From Verrucomicrobiales bacterium (GTDB lineage Bacteria; Verrucomicrobiota; Verrucomicrobiia; Verrucomicrobiales; V1-33): DNA of 64,000 nt. Of the stretch, positions 50,598-60,354 are shown piece after piece (the stretch's first letter is position 1; the number at the start of each line of letters is the position of its first letter). Location: positions 32,001-96,000 of the forward strand of contig JANOAV010000140.1 of assembly GCA_031411295.1 (NCBI GenBank), written 5' to 3'. Made by a program: the position numbers and the translations under genes. Below the pieces are notes generated by a model. That model searched no databases. It was not told where the DNA came from and was given only the letters and a program-made list of their open reading frames with translations.

Positions 50598-51703
50598 GGT
50601 TCGAGTTCTCCACGTGTTAAAGCCCCTATTAAATCTCCGGAATAATTCAGGCTGGCCAGGGATCTGATCTGGGACGGCTCTAGGTGATTACGCCGATAGA
50701 GCACAAAGGTGTTGTCATCCGAAAACTGTCGGATGGCTTCGGGGTTGTGGGACGTAGCTATGAACTGCCCCCCTGCTTGGAAAGCACGCCGGAGGTCAGT
50801 CGCGAAGTCGGCTACTTCGGAGATGGCGAGAAAATTGTCAGGCTCATCCCAAAAACAAAGCACTGGACCATAGGCATCATTGGCCGCCATGGTTAGGGCC
50901 CAGATCACCATGCACTTCTCTCCATCTGAAAGAAGCTCAAACGGCAACGACGGAACCGCTTTTTGTCCTGCAAACTGCACAATGAGGCTGCGTGAGTCTC
51001 GAGCGATCACAGGATTTTTGATGTCTTTTAGGTCAGGCATGAGCAGCTTTAAACTGGCATCGATACGAGAATATGCGGCGGGAGCGTGCGCGATCAGACC
51101 ACTCCACCAGTCGCCCAGATTAGTGACCTCGGTATTGGGATGCAAAGTCTCCTCCGTTGAGTCTCCTTTAATCCGGAGCGGATACGGACGTAGAATGATC
51201 ATTCGCGCAAGCCACTGTGTGAAGACGTGCACCGGATCAGAATCTGAAGTCGCCTGCATGATCGGTAGCCAAATCAAATGCCAATCCAAACCGATTCTAG
51301 CCGCCGGGGCACCACCAAGAGGTGGGAGAGTGACGTCCGCTACTCTTCGATCAAATTTGCTTTCCCCGCCAACAACCAGCGACTCTTCAGCTACCCGCAG
51401 TTCTCTAAACCCAGCGGGCAGGTCCATGGCGAGTTTGTATTCATAGCGGACCCCTTCCAGATCTACCTCCAGCTCGATACGGACTGGAGCATCCAACTTT
51501 CCATGGCTGATGTCACGAGGTAATAAAAGTTCGCCCACTCTGTTAATCCCTCGCCCAATTTTCTGCAGAATCTCCAAGGCAAAACCAACGGTCGATTTGC
51601 CTGCCCCGTTCTTACCAATAAGCAAGGTCGAGGAAAGGCCGCTGATAGGCAATTCAAAGTTTTCTAGACTTCGGTAGTTGTGAACGTAAAATCGGTGGAT
51701 CAT
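50594..51703 (-). CDS. Soluble ABC-type (AAA_21/AAA_15-like) ATPase
   Basis: N-terminal VHNYRS, Walker A GKNGAGKST, signature LSDGEK, Walker B FWDEPDN, H-loop TSHN; no TM partner. Confidence 0.88.
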   Translation of the reverse strand: MIHRFYVHNYRSLENFELPISGLSSTLLIGKNGAGKSTVGFALEILQKIGRGINRVGELLLPRDISHGKLDAPVRIELEVDLEGVRYEYKLAMDLPAGFRELRVAEESLVVGGESKFDRRVADVTLPPLGGAPAARIGLDWHLIWLPIMQATSDSDPVHVFTQWLARMIILRPYPLRIKGDSTEETLHPNTEVTNLGDWWSGLIAHAPAAYSRIDASLKLLMPDLKDIKNPVIARDSRSLIVQFAGQKAVPSLPFELLSDGEKCMVIWALTMAANDAYGPVLCFWDEPDNFLAISEVADFATDLRRAFQAGGQFIATSHNPEAIRQFSDDNTFVLYRRNHLEPSQIRSLASLNYSGDLIGALTRGELEP

Positions 51704-51807
51704 GGCGCGTGGCGAGGAAACAGGTGTGCTGGGAATGTGGCTTGATGGGGCAATATTTGGTGACGTTGCGGGAATTAGCAAGAGTTCAAGGGGACTTGTT
51801 TCAACAA

Positions 51808-52686
51808 CTAGAACAGTTCCGCTTGGACTAACGGGCCAGCAGGGAGGTGGGTTGGCTTGGTCTTTTCGGCCGTTTCTGTGAGTGGTGTCAGCGGAGGATT
51901 GTTCCTAACGGGGAAGCGTTCGGTGGGTTCTGCTTGCGTGGCGCAGTGGACGGAGGTTTGCGGGAAGCCTTGTTTCTCCAAGGCTTGGCGCATCATCTTG
52001 ATGGCCAGGTCTGGTTTGTTGCAATCGGAGCTGAGGTGGCCTAGCACGACGCGTTCCAATTCCACGTGGGCGATTTGGGTGAGGAATTCGGCGGTCTGAT
52101 GATTGGAGAGGTGACCGTGGTGGGAGCTGATGCGTTGCTTGGTGGAGAAGGGGCGCTTGGTGTCATCCTGGAGCAGGGTGCCGTCGTAGTTGGCTTCGAC
52201 GAAGAGGGTGTGAAGGCCTTGGAGGCGCTGGGCGAGGTTGCGTGGGATATGACCCAGATCGCTGAGCAGGCCGAGGGATTGTCCGGCGGATCGGAAGACG
52301 AAGCCCATGGGGTCCACGGCATCGTGCGGGACATTGAAGCATTCAATTTCGATTTCTCCGATGTGAAATTTGGCTCCGTGCTGGATGATTTTCCAAGTGC
52401 GCTCGAGGTCGGATTTGAACGTCTCCCGGACGACCTGTCGGGTCAGCGCGTTGCAGTAGATGGGAACGGGGAATTTTTTCGTGAGCACATCCAAACCGCG
52501 GACGTGATCGCCATGTTCATGAGTTAGTAAAATGGCGGTGAGTTGGCTGGGATGGCTGGAGACAGCCTCGAGACGGCTCAGCAACTGACCTGCGCTCAAG
52601 CCTGCGTCCACCAGGACTGAGGTGGGGCCACAAGTAATGAGCGCGCTGTTGCCACCGCTGCCGCTGCCGAGAACCGTTAAATGCAT
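51808..52686 (-). CDS. MBL-fold metallo-hydrolase (YycJ/WalJ-like)
   Basis: LGSGSGGN, VDAG, THEHGDH, HDAVDP, EANYD, GHLSN, GHLS..CN. Confidence 0.9.
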   Translation of the reverse strand: MHLTVLGSGSGGNSALITCGPTSVLVDAGLSAGQLLSRLEAVSSHPSQLTAILLTHEHGDHVRGLDVLTKKFPVPIYCNALTRQVVRETFKSDLERTWKIIQHGAKFHIGEIEIECFNVPHDAVDPMGFVFRSAGQSLGLLSDLGHIPRNLAQRLQGLHTLFVEANYDGTLLQDDTKRPFSTKQRISSHHGHLSNHQTAEFLTQIAHVELERVVLGHLSSDCNKPDLAIKMMRQALEKQGFPQTSVHCATQAEPTERFPVRNNPPLTPLTETAEKTKPTHLPAGPLVQAELF

Positions 52687-52789
52687 GAAGTTTGAAAGCT
52701 GAGTTAGCTGAGCGTAGAACAGACTGGAGGACTCGACAACTGGCACTGCGAACTTTTGCGCTGTCCAGCGGACTGCGGCCGCATTTCGG

Positions 52790-53542
52790 TTACAGATATC
52801 CGATGAGGCTGCGCATCTCTGCCCGGATCTCTTCCGGGTCCATGGAAGCGATGGTCTGGCCCACTTCCTGGAACAATTCCTGGCGGAAGGATTGGCGCAT
52901 CCGGTGGAGGGTGGTGCGGACGTTGGATGGGCTGGTGCCAAGGCGGGCCCCGATTTCCTCCGAGGTGGCATCGTCATCGCCCGGATCACGCAGGCGGGGG
53001 TAGAGGGCTTCGAACAAGGGGTTCGGGCCGGCATCCAAATAATGTTTCCGGGTGGCTGCCAACGCTTTTTCCAAGGCATCCAAGGCCCAGCGGCGTTGGA
53101 AGATGAGATCCGGGCTGAGATTGTCCGCCATGACCGTCTGGTAGGCTTCTTCGGCGGTGGTGAATTCGATGTGGACGAACGATTGGCCGCGTTTTCTAGC
53201 AGATTTTCGCAATTGGTCACTGACGAGGAAATTGCCCAAGGAAGCGAAGAGGAAGGAGCGGAGTTTCCCGAGGGAGGGATCGGCCTTGGCGAACCATTTT
53301 TTCTGGAGCAAGTGGCAAAAGAAACCCTGGGTTAGATCTTCGGCGTCCAGGGGGGCGTTGCCATGGTGACGGATGTAGGTGTAAACTGGGGTCCAGTAAG
53401 TTTGGCAGATTTCCTCCAAGGCGGTGCGCATGCTGCGAGTCGTGGCATGGCCAGCCCGCCACACCAGGCTCCATTTGGTGGCAGCAGTGAGTTTGTCGGG
53501 TGGGGGATCGGGGGGAGGGACAGCAGTAGGTGGGGCCTTCAC
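52790..53542 (-). CDS. ECF-type RNA polymerase sigma factor (PVC kinase-associated type)
   Basis: TKWSLV, ALEEICQTYWTPVYTYIR, DAEDLTQGFF, GKLRSFL, region-4 HTH EIGARLGTSPSNVRTTLHRMR. Confidence 0.85.
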   Translation of the reverse strand: MKAPPTAVPPPDPPPDKLTAATKWSLVWRAGHATTRSMRTALEEICQTYWTPVYTYIRHHGNAPLDAEDLTQGFFCHLLQKKWFAKADPSLGKLRSFLFASLGNFLVSDQLRKSARKRGQSFVHIEFTTAEEAYQTVMADNLSPDLIFQRRWALDALEKALAATRKHYLDAGPNPLFEALYPRLRDPGDDDATSEEIGARLGTSPSNVRTTLHRMRQSFRQELFQEVGQTIASMDPEEIRAEMRSLIGYL

Positions 53543-53609
53543 GGTCGGTTAATCAATCGCACCGGGGCGTAAATGACAAATGAAAATAATGGTGATTCCT
53601 ATCAGACAT

Positions 53610-55469
53610 TTACTTGCGCCAGGGCATGACGGCGGATGGGGACGTGCCGAGGCGGACTTCGTCGATCATGAAGCTGGTGGTAGGGCCTTTGGCAGTGTCC
53701 GTCCCGGCTCCCAAACGCACTTTGATAAGTTGACTCCATTTTTCCACGTTGGACTGGAAGCTGGTAAATGATTTCCCCTCGGCCTCTGGCGGAGGGACAT
53801 CGAGCCGTGGATTCGCCCAAAGGGTAAAGCGCTCCTGACCTGACTTGTTGATGTTCAGCTCCATTTTTACGAGGAGGAAGGTTAGCTGGGTGGTCGGCAG
53901 GTCAACGAAGGCCCGTTTACTATCTTTATTCAGGGTGGAGCGGTCCCAGATATGCCAGGTCTGGGTCGCAGCCCCTGACGGCATGCCGACGGCTAGGATC
54001 TCATCGTCTGAGGTGTTGTCGTCAGGGGGGATGATGGTGTTATCCCGCGCCCGCAGGCAGAGGTTGAAGAAATTATCGGTGGTGCCGGCAGTTTGTTTTG
54101 CAAGCAGGGAGAGCCAGAGTGTGGCGGGGGCGTCGGCGGGAATGGTCAGGGGGCAAATGTCGTCGATTTGCTGTTTGTGTCCGATGCCATCGACCTGGGC
54201 GGCATTTCCCGCAGTGAGTAAATGATTGCCTGCGCTGTCGGTGTATTCCAAGCTGCCACTTTGGATATCCGACGCGGCAGTTTGGGAGGGATTTTTTCTG
54301 TCATAGCCACCGTGTCCCGGGAGCGCGTCCTTGCCGATGGGATAGTCGAAGGATTCCTGATAATAGAGGTGGGGAGGCAGTGGTCGGCTGACGGCGGGAG
54401 CCACTTCGGCGGGGGGCGTGGGGGCGGGTTGGGGGCGCAAGACCAGAGCGGTGGTGGTGCCGGTGGCGACCAGCAGGGTGGTGAGGATGGCGGGCATGCG
54501 CCAACGCTGCCAGTGTCCGTGTCGGGGGCGGAGGCGACGCAGATCTGCCGCCAGGCTGGCGGCATTCTGGTAGCGCCTGGCTGGTTCGGCATGCATCGCC
54601 TTGAGGACAAGGCGATCCACTTTGCGGTGGACTTGGGTGCATTTAGAGGGTGGAGCAAAGGCCCCTTTGGGCAGCTTCCCCACTAGCATTTCATACAAGA
54701 TAATCCCCATGGAGTAAACATCAGAGCGCTCGTCCAAGGAGCCGCCGTGCAGCAACTCAGGGGCCATATAATCGGCCGTGCCCATGACTTCATTGGGCCT
54801 CGTGATACCGGATCCGGGGGCTTCTGGAGTGATGCTGCGAGCGAGTCCAAAGTCCACCACTTTGACGCGGCCTCTGGGGGTAACGAGAATGTTGGCTGGC
54901 TTGATGTCACGATGCAGAATATCCTGTTCGTGGGCGGCTTGCAGGGCTTCTGAGACTTGTCGGGCGATGCTCACCATGTCCATGAAGCTGAGGAGGTCGT
55001 CTCCACCCCGGGCCTTGGAGAGCTGATGATCCTTGACCAGTTCTGCCAAATTTCTCCCGATCACATAATCCATCACGAAGTAGTGGTGTCCCGCGGTGGT
55101 CCCGAAATCAAAGACCGGCACAATGTTCGGGTGGTCGAGCTTGGCCAAGGATTGGGCCTCACGCTCGAAACGTTCCTGGAATCCTGGCTGTTCGGCTAAT
55201 TCCGGTGGGAGGATTTTGATGGCGATGTTCCGTTTGAGCCGGGGGTCATAGCCCGCATAGACCGCCCCCATGCCGCCGCGCCCGAGCATACGTCTGATTT
55301 GATATTGGGGAAACAACGGTGTCAGATCCTCGATGGCTGGGGCCTGCCATCGCGTGGCTGGATGGGTTGGAGTAGGTGCCGCCAGCACGTCTTCGAACAG
55401 TCGTTTCGCGGAGCCTAAATTCAACGTTGCCGCAGGCAAAGGAGTTGGGGGCGGGTGCGAGTCGGACAT
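53610..55469 (-). CDS. Transmembrane Hanks-type Ser/Thr protein kinase with C-terminal ectodomain
   Basis: LGRGGMGAVY, AIK, HRDIKPAN, DFG, GTADYMAPE, SDVYSMG; TM about AILTTLLVATGTTTALVL; ~250-aa ectodomain. Confidence 0.93.
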   Translation of the reverse strand: MSDSHPPPTPLPAATLNLGSAKRLFEDVLAAPTPTHPATRWQAPAIEDLTPLFPQYQIRRMLGRGGMGAVYAGYDPRLKRNIAIKILPPELAEQPGFQERFEREAQSLAKLDHPNIVPVFDFGTTAGHHYFVMDYVIGRNLAELVKDHQLSKARGGDDLLSFMDMVSIARQVSEALQAAHEQDILHRDIKPANILVTPRGRVKVVDFGLARSITPEAPGSGITRPNEVMGTADYMAPELLHGGSLDERSDVYSMGIILYEMLVGKLPKGAFAPPSKCTQVHRKVDRLVLKAMHAEPARRYQNAASLAADLRRLRPRHGHWQRWRMPAILTTLLVATGTTTALVLRPQPAPTPPAEVAPAVSRPLPPHLYYQESFDYPIGKDALPGHGGYDRKNPSQTAASDIQSGSLEYTDSAGNHLLTAGNAAQVDGIGHKQQIDDICPLTIPADAPATLWLSLLAKQTAGTTDNFFNLCLRARDNTIIPPDDNTSDDEILAVGMPSGAATQTWHIWDRSTLNKDSKRAFVDLPTTQLTFLLVKMELNINKSGQERFTLWANPRLDVPPPEAEGKSFTSFQSNVEKWSQLIKVRLGAGTDTAKGPTTSFMIDEVRLGTSPSAVMPWRK

Positions 55470-55507
55470 GGGGTCGGGGGGCGACGGATGTCGTCTGAGG
55501 TATTTGC

Positions 55508-56614
55508 TTAGGGCAGGGGCGGAGCCGTGCGTGAGACTCTTAAATATAACCTCGTCTGAGTCGAGGGAGGCGTGGTCCAGGTGGCGATTTCGGATCCCGT
55601 GGGATTGACGCGGGTGCTGGCGGGGTAGGGTTCCCAGTCAATGAGGTTGGTGCTCCACTGCACAGTATCTTCCGCTCCCGGGGCGGCGGCCCACGAAATG
55701 GTGGTAGCGCCATTCGCGTTTAATTGCACGCTGGTGGCGTTCAGCGCCAGATAGGGGGTGACGTCCCGCCAGGAGGTGCCGACCCGAATTTCGTCGATGA
55801 CGAAAGATGACGCGGGGCCATTAGTGGTGGTGTAACCTGCGCCCAGTCGAATTTCACTGATGTCTGACCACGCCGTAACATCGGAGACTGTCGAGGTGAA
55901 TCCTTTGGCGGCACTTTCATCCGGTGCCTGATCCAGCCGGGGATTCAGCCACATGGCGTAGCGTTCCAGCACGCTGGCATTGACGTTGCTTTCCAAGCGC
56001 GCCAGCAGGAACACTTGGGTTTGGGCGGGGACCTCGGACATCGCGAAACTAGAGGAAGGATCGGAGCTGCTGCGATCCCAGATGCGCCAGAACTGTTTCC
56101 CTGGATCGGGGGGCGTTACGGTTGGCATGCCGAAAACGACGGCTTCGAACGGAGTGGTGCCCGAAGGTGGCGGGTTAATCCGCAGGGCTAGATTAAAAAA
56201 GCGCGCGGTGGTTCCAGCCGTTTGGCGACCAATGAAGGAGAGCCAAATCGTGTCCCCTACCTTCGGGGCGGTCCACCTCGTGGCCAGCGTATGGGCATGG
56301 GAAATGGTGGCGGATTCCTCCGCGGAGTCCACCCAAGCGTGCTTGCCGCTGGCGGCCAAGGCATGACCAGCACTATCCACGTAAGTTAGACCGCCGGGCA
56401 CCAGGTTGGCTTGGGAGGAGGCGATGGCCTGGGCGGTTGCGGTTCCGGAAGGCGAGGTCTCGTTCGGGCCGAATCCCCCATAATTCTTCAATCCATCTTC
56501 ATTGACCGGGAAGCGGACGGCGGGGAAGGATTCCTCGTAGAGCAATTCAGCATGAACTGGCAAGGCTAACGAGAGAGCGGTGAGGAGCAAGGGGAGGAAG
56601 AGGGCGGATTTCAT
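55508..56614 (-). CDS. Secreted protein homologous to the kinase ectodomain, with verrucomicrobial-type C-terminal tail
   Basis: Signal peptide ending VHA; ...IDEIRVGTSW.DV domain end; tail ISW...VQWSTNLIDW...LYLRV. Confidence 0.8.
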   Translation of the reverse strand: MKSALFLPLLLTALSLALPVHAELLYEESFPAVRFPVNEDGLKNYGGFGPNETSPSGTATAQAIASSQANLVPGGLTYVDSAGHALAASGKHAWVDSAEESATISHAHTLATRWTAPKVGDTIWLSFIGRQTAGTTARFFNLALRINPPPSGTTPFEAVVFGMPTVTPPDPGKQFWRIWDRSSSDPSSSFAMSEVPAQTQVFLLARLESNVNASVLERYAMWLNPRLDQAPDESAAKGFTSTVSDVTAWSDISEIRLGAGYTTTNGPASSFVIDEIRVGTSWRDVTPYLALNATSVQLNANGATTISWAAAPGAEDTVQWSTNLIDWEPYPASTRVNPTGSEIATWTTPPSTQTRLYLRVSRTAPPLP

Positions 56615-56875
56615 TGGCTAGGACCCTGTTCTAAAGCAATCGGCGTGCAGAGTAAATGTTAAAAGTGCTTTTTAGGTAACAAACCACGGCGGATCTATGG
56701 ACCGCCTTTAATTTCTAAATATCAGCGAGTTATGCAAATTCTTCATTTTTGGGATTTCCCGGTTCAAAGCCCCGTGCAAAAAATCCGCCGCTCTATTTTC
56801 TGGGGAAACTGGATGGAAATTATAATTCCTCCCGAGAAATTATGGATTTTAAAGGGGTAATTAAGGATATTTAAC

Positions 56876-57169
56876 GAATATCCATGTCTATTCGGGGAAT
56901 ATCCATGTCTATTCGGGGAATATCTGTAACTTTTCGGGGGATAGCAATGGAGATTCGAGGAATATCCAAGGAGATTCGACGGGTAGCAGTGGAGATTCGA
57001 CGGATAGCAATGGAGATTCGAGGAATATCCAAGGAGATTCGGCGGGTAGCAGAGGAGATTCGACGGGTAGCAACGGATATTTGAGGGAGATCAATGGAGA
57101 TCCGATGGGTAGCAACGGCTATGCGTGGAGTGGCCTTGGAGATCCGAGAAATATCGCTGGAGATGCAGG
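56876..57169. repeat. 21-bp tandem repeat array (14 units, plus degenerate units to the left)
   Basis: Units such as GAATATCCATGTCTATTCGGG (x2), GGATAGCAATGGAGATTCGAG, GAATATCCAAGGAGATTCGAC, GGGTAGCAGTGGAGATTCGAC; 63-bp higher-order duplication. Confidence 0.9.
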
Positions 57170-57201
57170 AAATGGTAACAAACAATCGTGAGGCATGCGC
57201 G

Positions 57202-60200
57202 TTATTTATCGCTGAGCCGCCGGTCATGCGAAAAGATGTCGAAGTTGCGCTCCCCGTCGGGACCGTTGAGGCGGAGGCGGATTTCCCCTTCCAAGCCGTA
57301 GAAACGCAGGGTGCCGGTGCACTTGTCGTAGGCAAAATCGCGCAACGTTTCGAGGAGTTTGGTGACGGCCTTGCGTTCGACCTCACTCCAATCCGCCGGG
57401 ATGGCCTTGATGGCATCTTCCAGGGCCAGGATTTTGATGCGTCCAGTGGTGCGATTGGAGAATTCACCGGTGGCCTGATACAATGAGGTCTTGTCCCCTT
57501 GGGCAATGATTTTTCCGCTGAGGGGGCCAGTCATGCTAAAATAGGCCGGAGTGAGGGTCTGGGTGATTTCCTTCGTTTCCAGATTGGTTCCTGCCAGCCA
57601 CATGTCCCAGGACAAATTATCATCCAGGTAGAGATTGAAGGCACCCTCCAAATCGCCCTGGTAAGCCTTGGCCCAGAAACGGGCGTAAACGCCGTTTTTG
57701 TCATAGGTCACCTGCAGGGTGACATCGGCCATGCGGAACTGTTTGTAGCGCAGCCAATCGGCTTTGAAGACCTGCACCAAGTTGTTATCCTTCAGCTTCA
57801 TGGGCAGATTGAAGACGATGGCTCCCTGACTGATGGCCACCACTAACTCAGTTCCCAACATCGGTTTATACAATCCGGGGGGCACCGCTAATTCGGCATT
57901 GATGCGCCCTTCCTTGAGGCTGGAGTCCGCCCCGAACGGCAACGGCGGCACGCGCAACATGGGGGAGTCTTTCACGGTGGTGATGAGCTGGCCGGAGAGC
58001 GCGCGCAGGCGATTGACCTTCCAGTTGGCACCGCTGGGGGCTAGCGGAATCGGGGAAGGGGAGGCCGGAGTGTCCCCGACCAAGCTGATGAGCGATCCCA
58101 AGAGCGAGCGCATTTCGGCAACGGCAGGTTGGGCCGGGGTGGGGGACTGGGCGCGGAGTTTATCCACGTAATGGAAGAGGCTGTCTCCCACATAAATTTT
58201 CGGATTCACCAGTTCGATCAGTTCGATTTCCCGGTTCATCAGTCCGGCCAGGCTGAAGTGGATGAAATTGGTATCAAAGTCCGCTACGGAAGTGCCAACG
58301 CGGGTGCCGGGCACATAGACGAAGGGCAGCTCGATGCGTTCAGGGGTATCGCTTTGCCGCAGGCCTTGCGCGGTGAGCGGAAGATTGCGCAGCGTCTTGT
58401 GGGCCAGCGGAAGGAGAATTTCCGGGGCATCCGGGACCAGATGGTGAATGTAAATTTTCGTGTTCGCCAATTCCAAATTCCCAATGTGCCAATCGAGCGG
58501 TTGTGGTCCCAAATCTAATTCCACAGGCCGGGCCAGGGTTTGCGGGGCCTGGGACGACTCCGATTCTGCCTCGGAAATCTGGCTGTCGGAATCGTTCACG
58601 CCCACCTGCAAACGGGAGCCACGGGCTGTGACGCGTTCGATGCGACGTTGCTGCCAGAGTTGGCGCGGATCAATTTCTACCTGCACTTGCTGAGCCCGAT
58701 AAAGGGCGGGAGCCCGGGGGCTGCCGGGGGTGCTAATGGTGATCTCATCCAAGTTGACGACCCAGTTGCCCAGGATCGTCTCCGCCGAGATGTCCGTCGT
58801 GAAATTCGGCGCCTTGTCGCCCAAGTCCCGGACTTCGAGGCGACCATCGGAAATTGTGAGATCATCGCACCGCCAGCCGTGCCAGGCGGGCAGTGCTGCG
58901 TTGTCTGCGGCAACGGTGGCGGGCTCTGGTGACTGGAGGGCGGCCAAATCACTGCCTGTTAGGGTGATCTGCGGCCTCGTCCACGCCAGGCGACGGAAAC
59001 GTTTGCTGGAGGAGATTTCGTCCCATTGCCCGGCGGCGGTAAGCGCGTCCCAGCGCAACCAGGGTTGCGAGGAGCCTGCCCGGGTCACGCTGACTGCCGC
59101 CAGGGTGATTTCCTGCGGCGCATTGGAAGTTAGGCGTCCCGCCTCGATCCGCAAATCCTGGGCTTGGGCGCTCAGGGTGCCGGTTACTTCCAACGGTGGC
59201 AGCCACCCTTCGAGGCCGCAGGCGGTGAGTTGGGTGGAGGTGATCTTAATCTCGGTCGGTTGCAGGGCAAAGTTGGCGATGCGCCAACCTCCCTGCGGGA
59301 GGGCCTCGGCGGAGGCTGACATTTCCGGAAGGGTAAGCAACGCGGGTGCCCCTGCTTCCCCGAGGCGGAAATTGCGCAGGGAAAAATCCGCCTGCCCAGA
59401 GAGGGGGCCGGTGGTGAACGAGGTCACGAGATCATGGGCTTGGACGGAAACTTGACCCTGCCCGGGAGGAAGCTTTGGCAGCCACGGCAGGCTGGCGAAT
59501 TTCACCGCCATGGGCCCCACGATCACGTCCTCCAGCTTCAGCGTCTGCGCGACCAACGGTCCAGCGGTGGCGGCCACGGTGGGACCAGGTTTGCCGATGG
59601 CCAGGACCTTCCAGAGGGCTGCGCCCGCTTGGGCACTCAGACCGCTGGTGCGGAGGTGATGCACGGTAATTTGCCGGGTGGTGGCGTCGGCGGAACAAGT
59701 TAGGGCGATTTCCGCCGCATGGGCTCCGGGGGTGGTGGCATCCGGTTGCAGATTGACTTGCCGGAGGGAGATCGTCTGCCGCTCCGCCTGCAATCCGGCG
59801 GCACCGAGGCTGGCGGCACCGCCCTCCCAGTTTAGCACTAACGCGGCGGTCTCTCCGGAGGGCAGGGCCACATCCAGTGCGGCATCGGAGATATGGAGGG
59901 CAGACAGGTGGAAGGAGGTTGCCGACGTGTCCTCCGCTACTTGGGGGCGTTGCAGGCGCTGGAGAATTTCCGGCGTCAGGTGGGCTCGGAGTTGATCCAG
60001 GGTGATCTCCCCCAGTTCCCCGGTCGCCAGCTTCAGTGGATTCACGGTGAGGTGAGCGCTGCGCAGTTCGAGCCACGGTTTCTGCGCAGTGCCGTCCGTG
60101 AGTTTGAGACCCTTGATTTCCAAGCCTCCGCGCGTCCATTCCAGACCGTGGACTTGGGCGGGGAATTCCGGCAACGCCCGCGCCAGTCCCTGCCGCAGCA

Positions 60201-60336
60201 GGGTGAGCCGCATTTGCCAGGCCACTGCTCCCAGAATCAGCACGGTGAGACCGATCCATCCAAGGACGCGCAGCCAGCGACGAGGTCGGCGTGCGGGCGA
60301 CGGTGGCTGAGGTGATGCGGAACTGGCGGGCTTCAT
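57202..60336 (-). CDS. Large membrane-anchored beta-rich protein, AsmA/YdbH-like
   Basis: Single N-terminal TM then ~1000 aa of repeating beta-strand pattern; C-terminal LETLRDFAYD motif reminiscent of YdbH. Confidence 0.55.
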   Translation of the reverse strand: MKPASSASPQPPSPARRPRRWLRVLGWIGLTVLILGAVAWQMRLTLLRQGLARALPEFPAQVHGLEWTRGGLEIKGLKLTDGTAQKPWLELRSAHLTVNPLKLATGELGEITLDQLRAHLTPEILQRLQRPQVAEDTSATSFHLSALHISDAALDVALPSGETAALVLNWEGGAASLGAAGLQAERQTISLRQVNLQPDATTPGAHAAEIALTCSADATTRQITVHHLRTSGLSAQAGAALWKVLAIGKPGPTVAATAGPLVAQTLKLEDVIVGPMAVKFASLPWLPKLPPGQGQVSVQAHDLVTSFTTGPLSGQADFSLRNFRLGEAGAPALLTLPEMSASAEALPQGGWRIANFALQPTEIKITSTQLTACGLEGWLPPLEVTGTLSAQAQDLRIEAGRLTSNAPQEITLAAVSVTRAGSSQPWLRWDALTAAGQWDEISSSKRFRRLAWTRPQITLTGSDLAALQSPEPATVAADNAALPAWHGWRCDDLTISDGRLEVRDLGDKAPNFTTDISAETILGNWVVNLDEITISTPGSPRAPALYRAQQVQVEIDPRQLWQQRRIERVTARGSRLQVGVNDSDSQISEAESESSQAPQTLARPVELDLGPQPLDWHIGNLELANTKIYIHHLVPDAPEILLPLAHKTLRNLPLTAQGLRQSDTPERIELPFVYVPGTRVGTSVADFDTNFIHFSLAGLMNREIELIELVNPKIYVGDSLFHYVDKLRAQSPTPAQPAVAEMRSLLGSLISLVGDTPASPSPIPLAPSGANWKVNRLRALSGQLITTVKDSPMLRVPPLPFGADSSLKEGRINAELAVPPGLYKPMLGTELVVAISQGAIVFNLPMKLKDNNLVQVFKADWLRYKQFRMADVTLQVTYDKNGVYARFWAKAYQGDLEGAFNLYLDDNLSWDMWLAGTNLETKEITQTLTPAYFSMTGPLSGKIIAQGDKTSLYQATGEFSNRTTGRIKILALEDAIKAIPADWSEVERKAVTKLLETLRDFAYDKCTGTLRFYGLEGEIRLRLNGPDGERNFDIFSHDRRLSDK

Positions 60337-60354
60337 GGTCAACCCTAATGTGCG

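Noticed and set aside
52687..53220. Long N-terminal extension of the MBL hydrolase ORF (apparent fusion)
   Set aside because: It overlaps the ECF sigma gene in another frame; the MBL domain starts cleanly at ATG 52686.
56876..57169. Possible CRISPR array
   Set aside because: Contiguous 21-bp units with no unique spacers, and no cas genes in the window.
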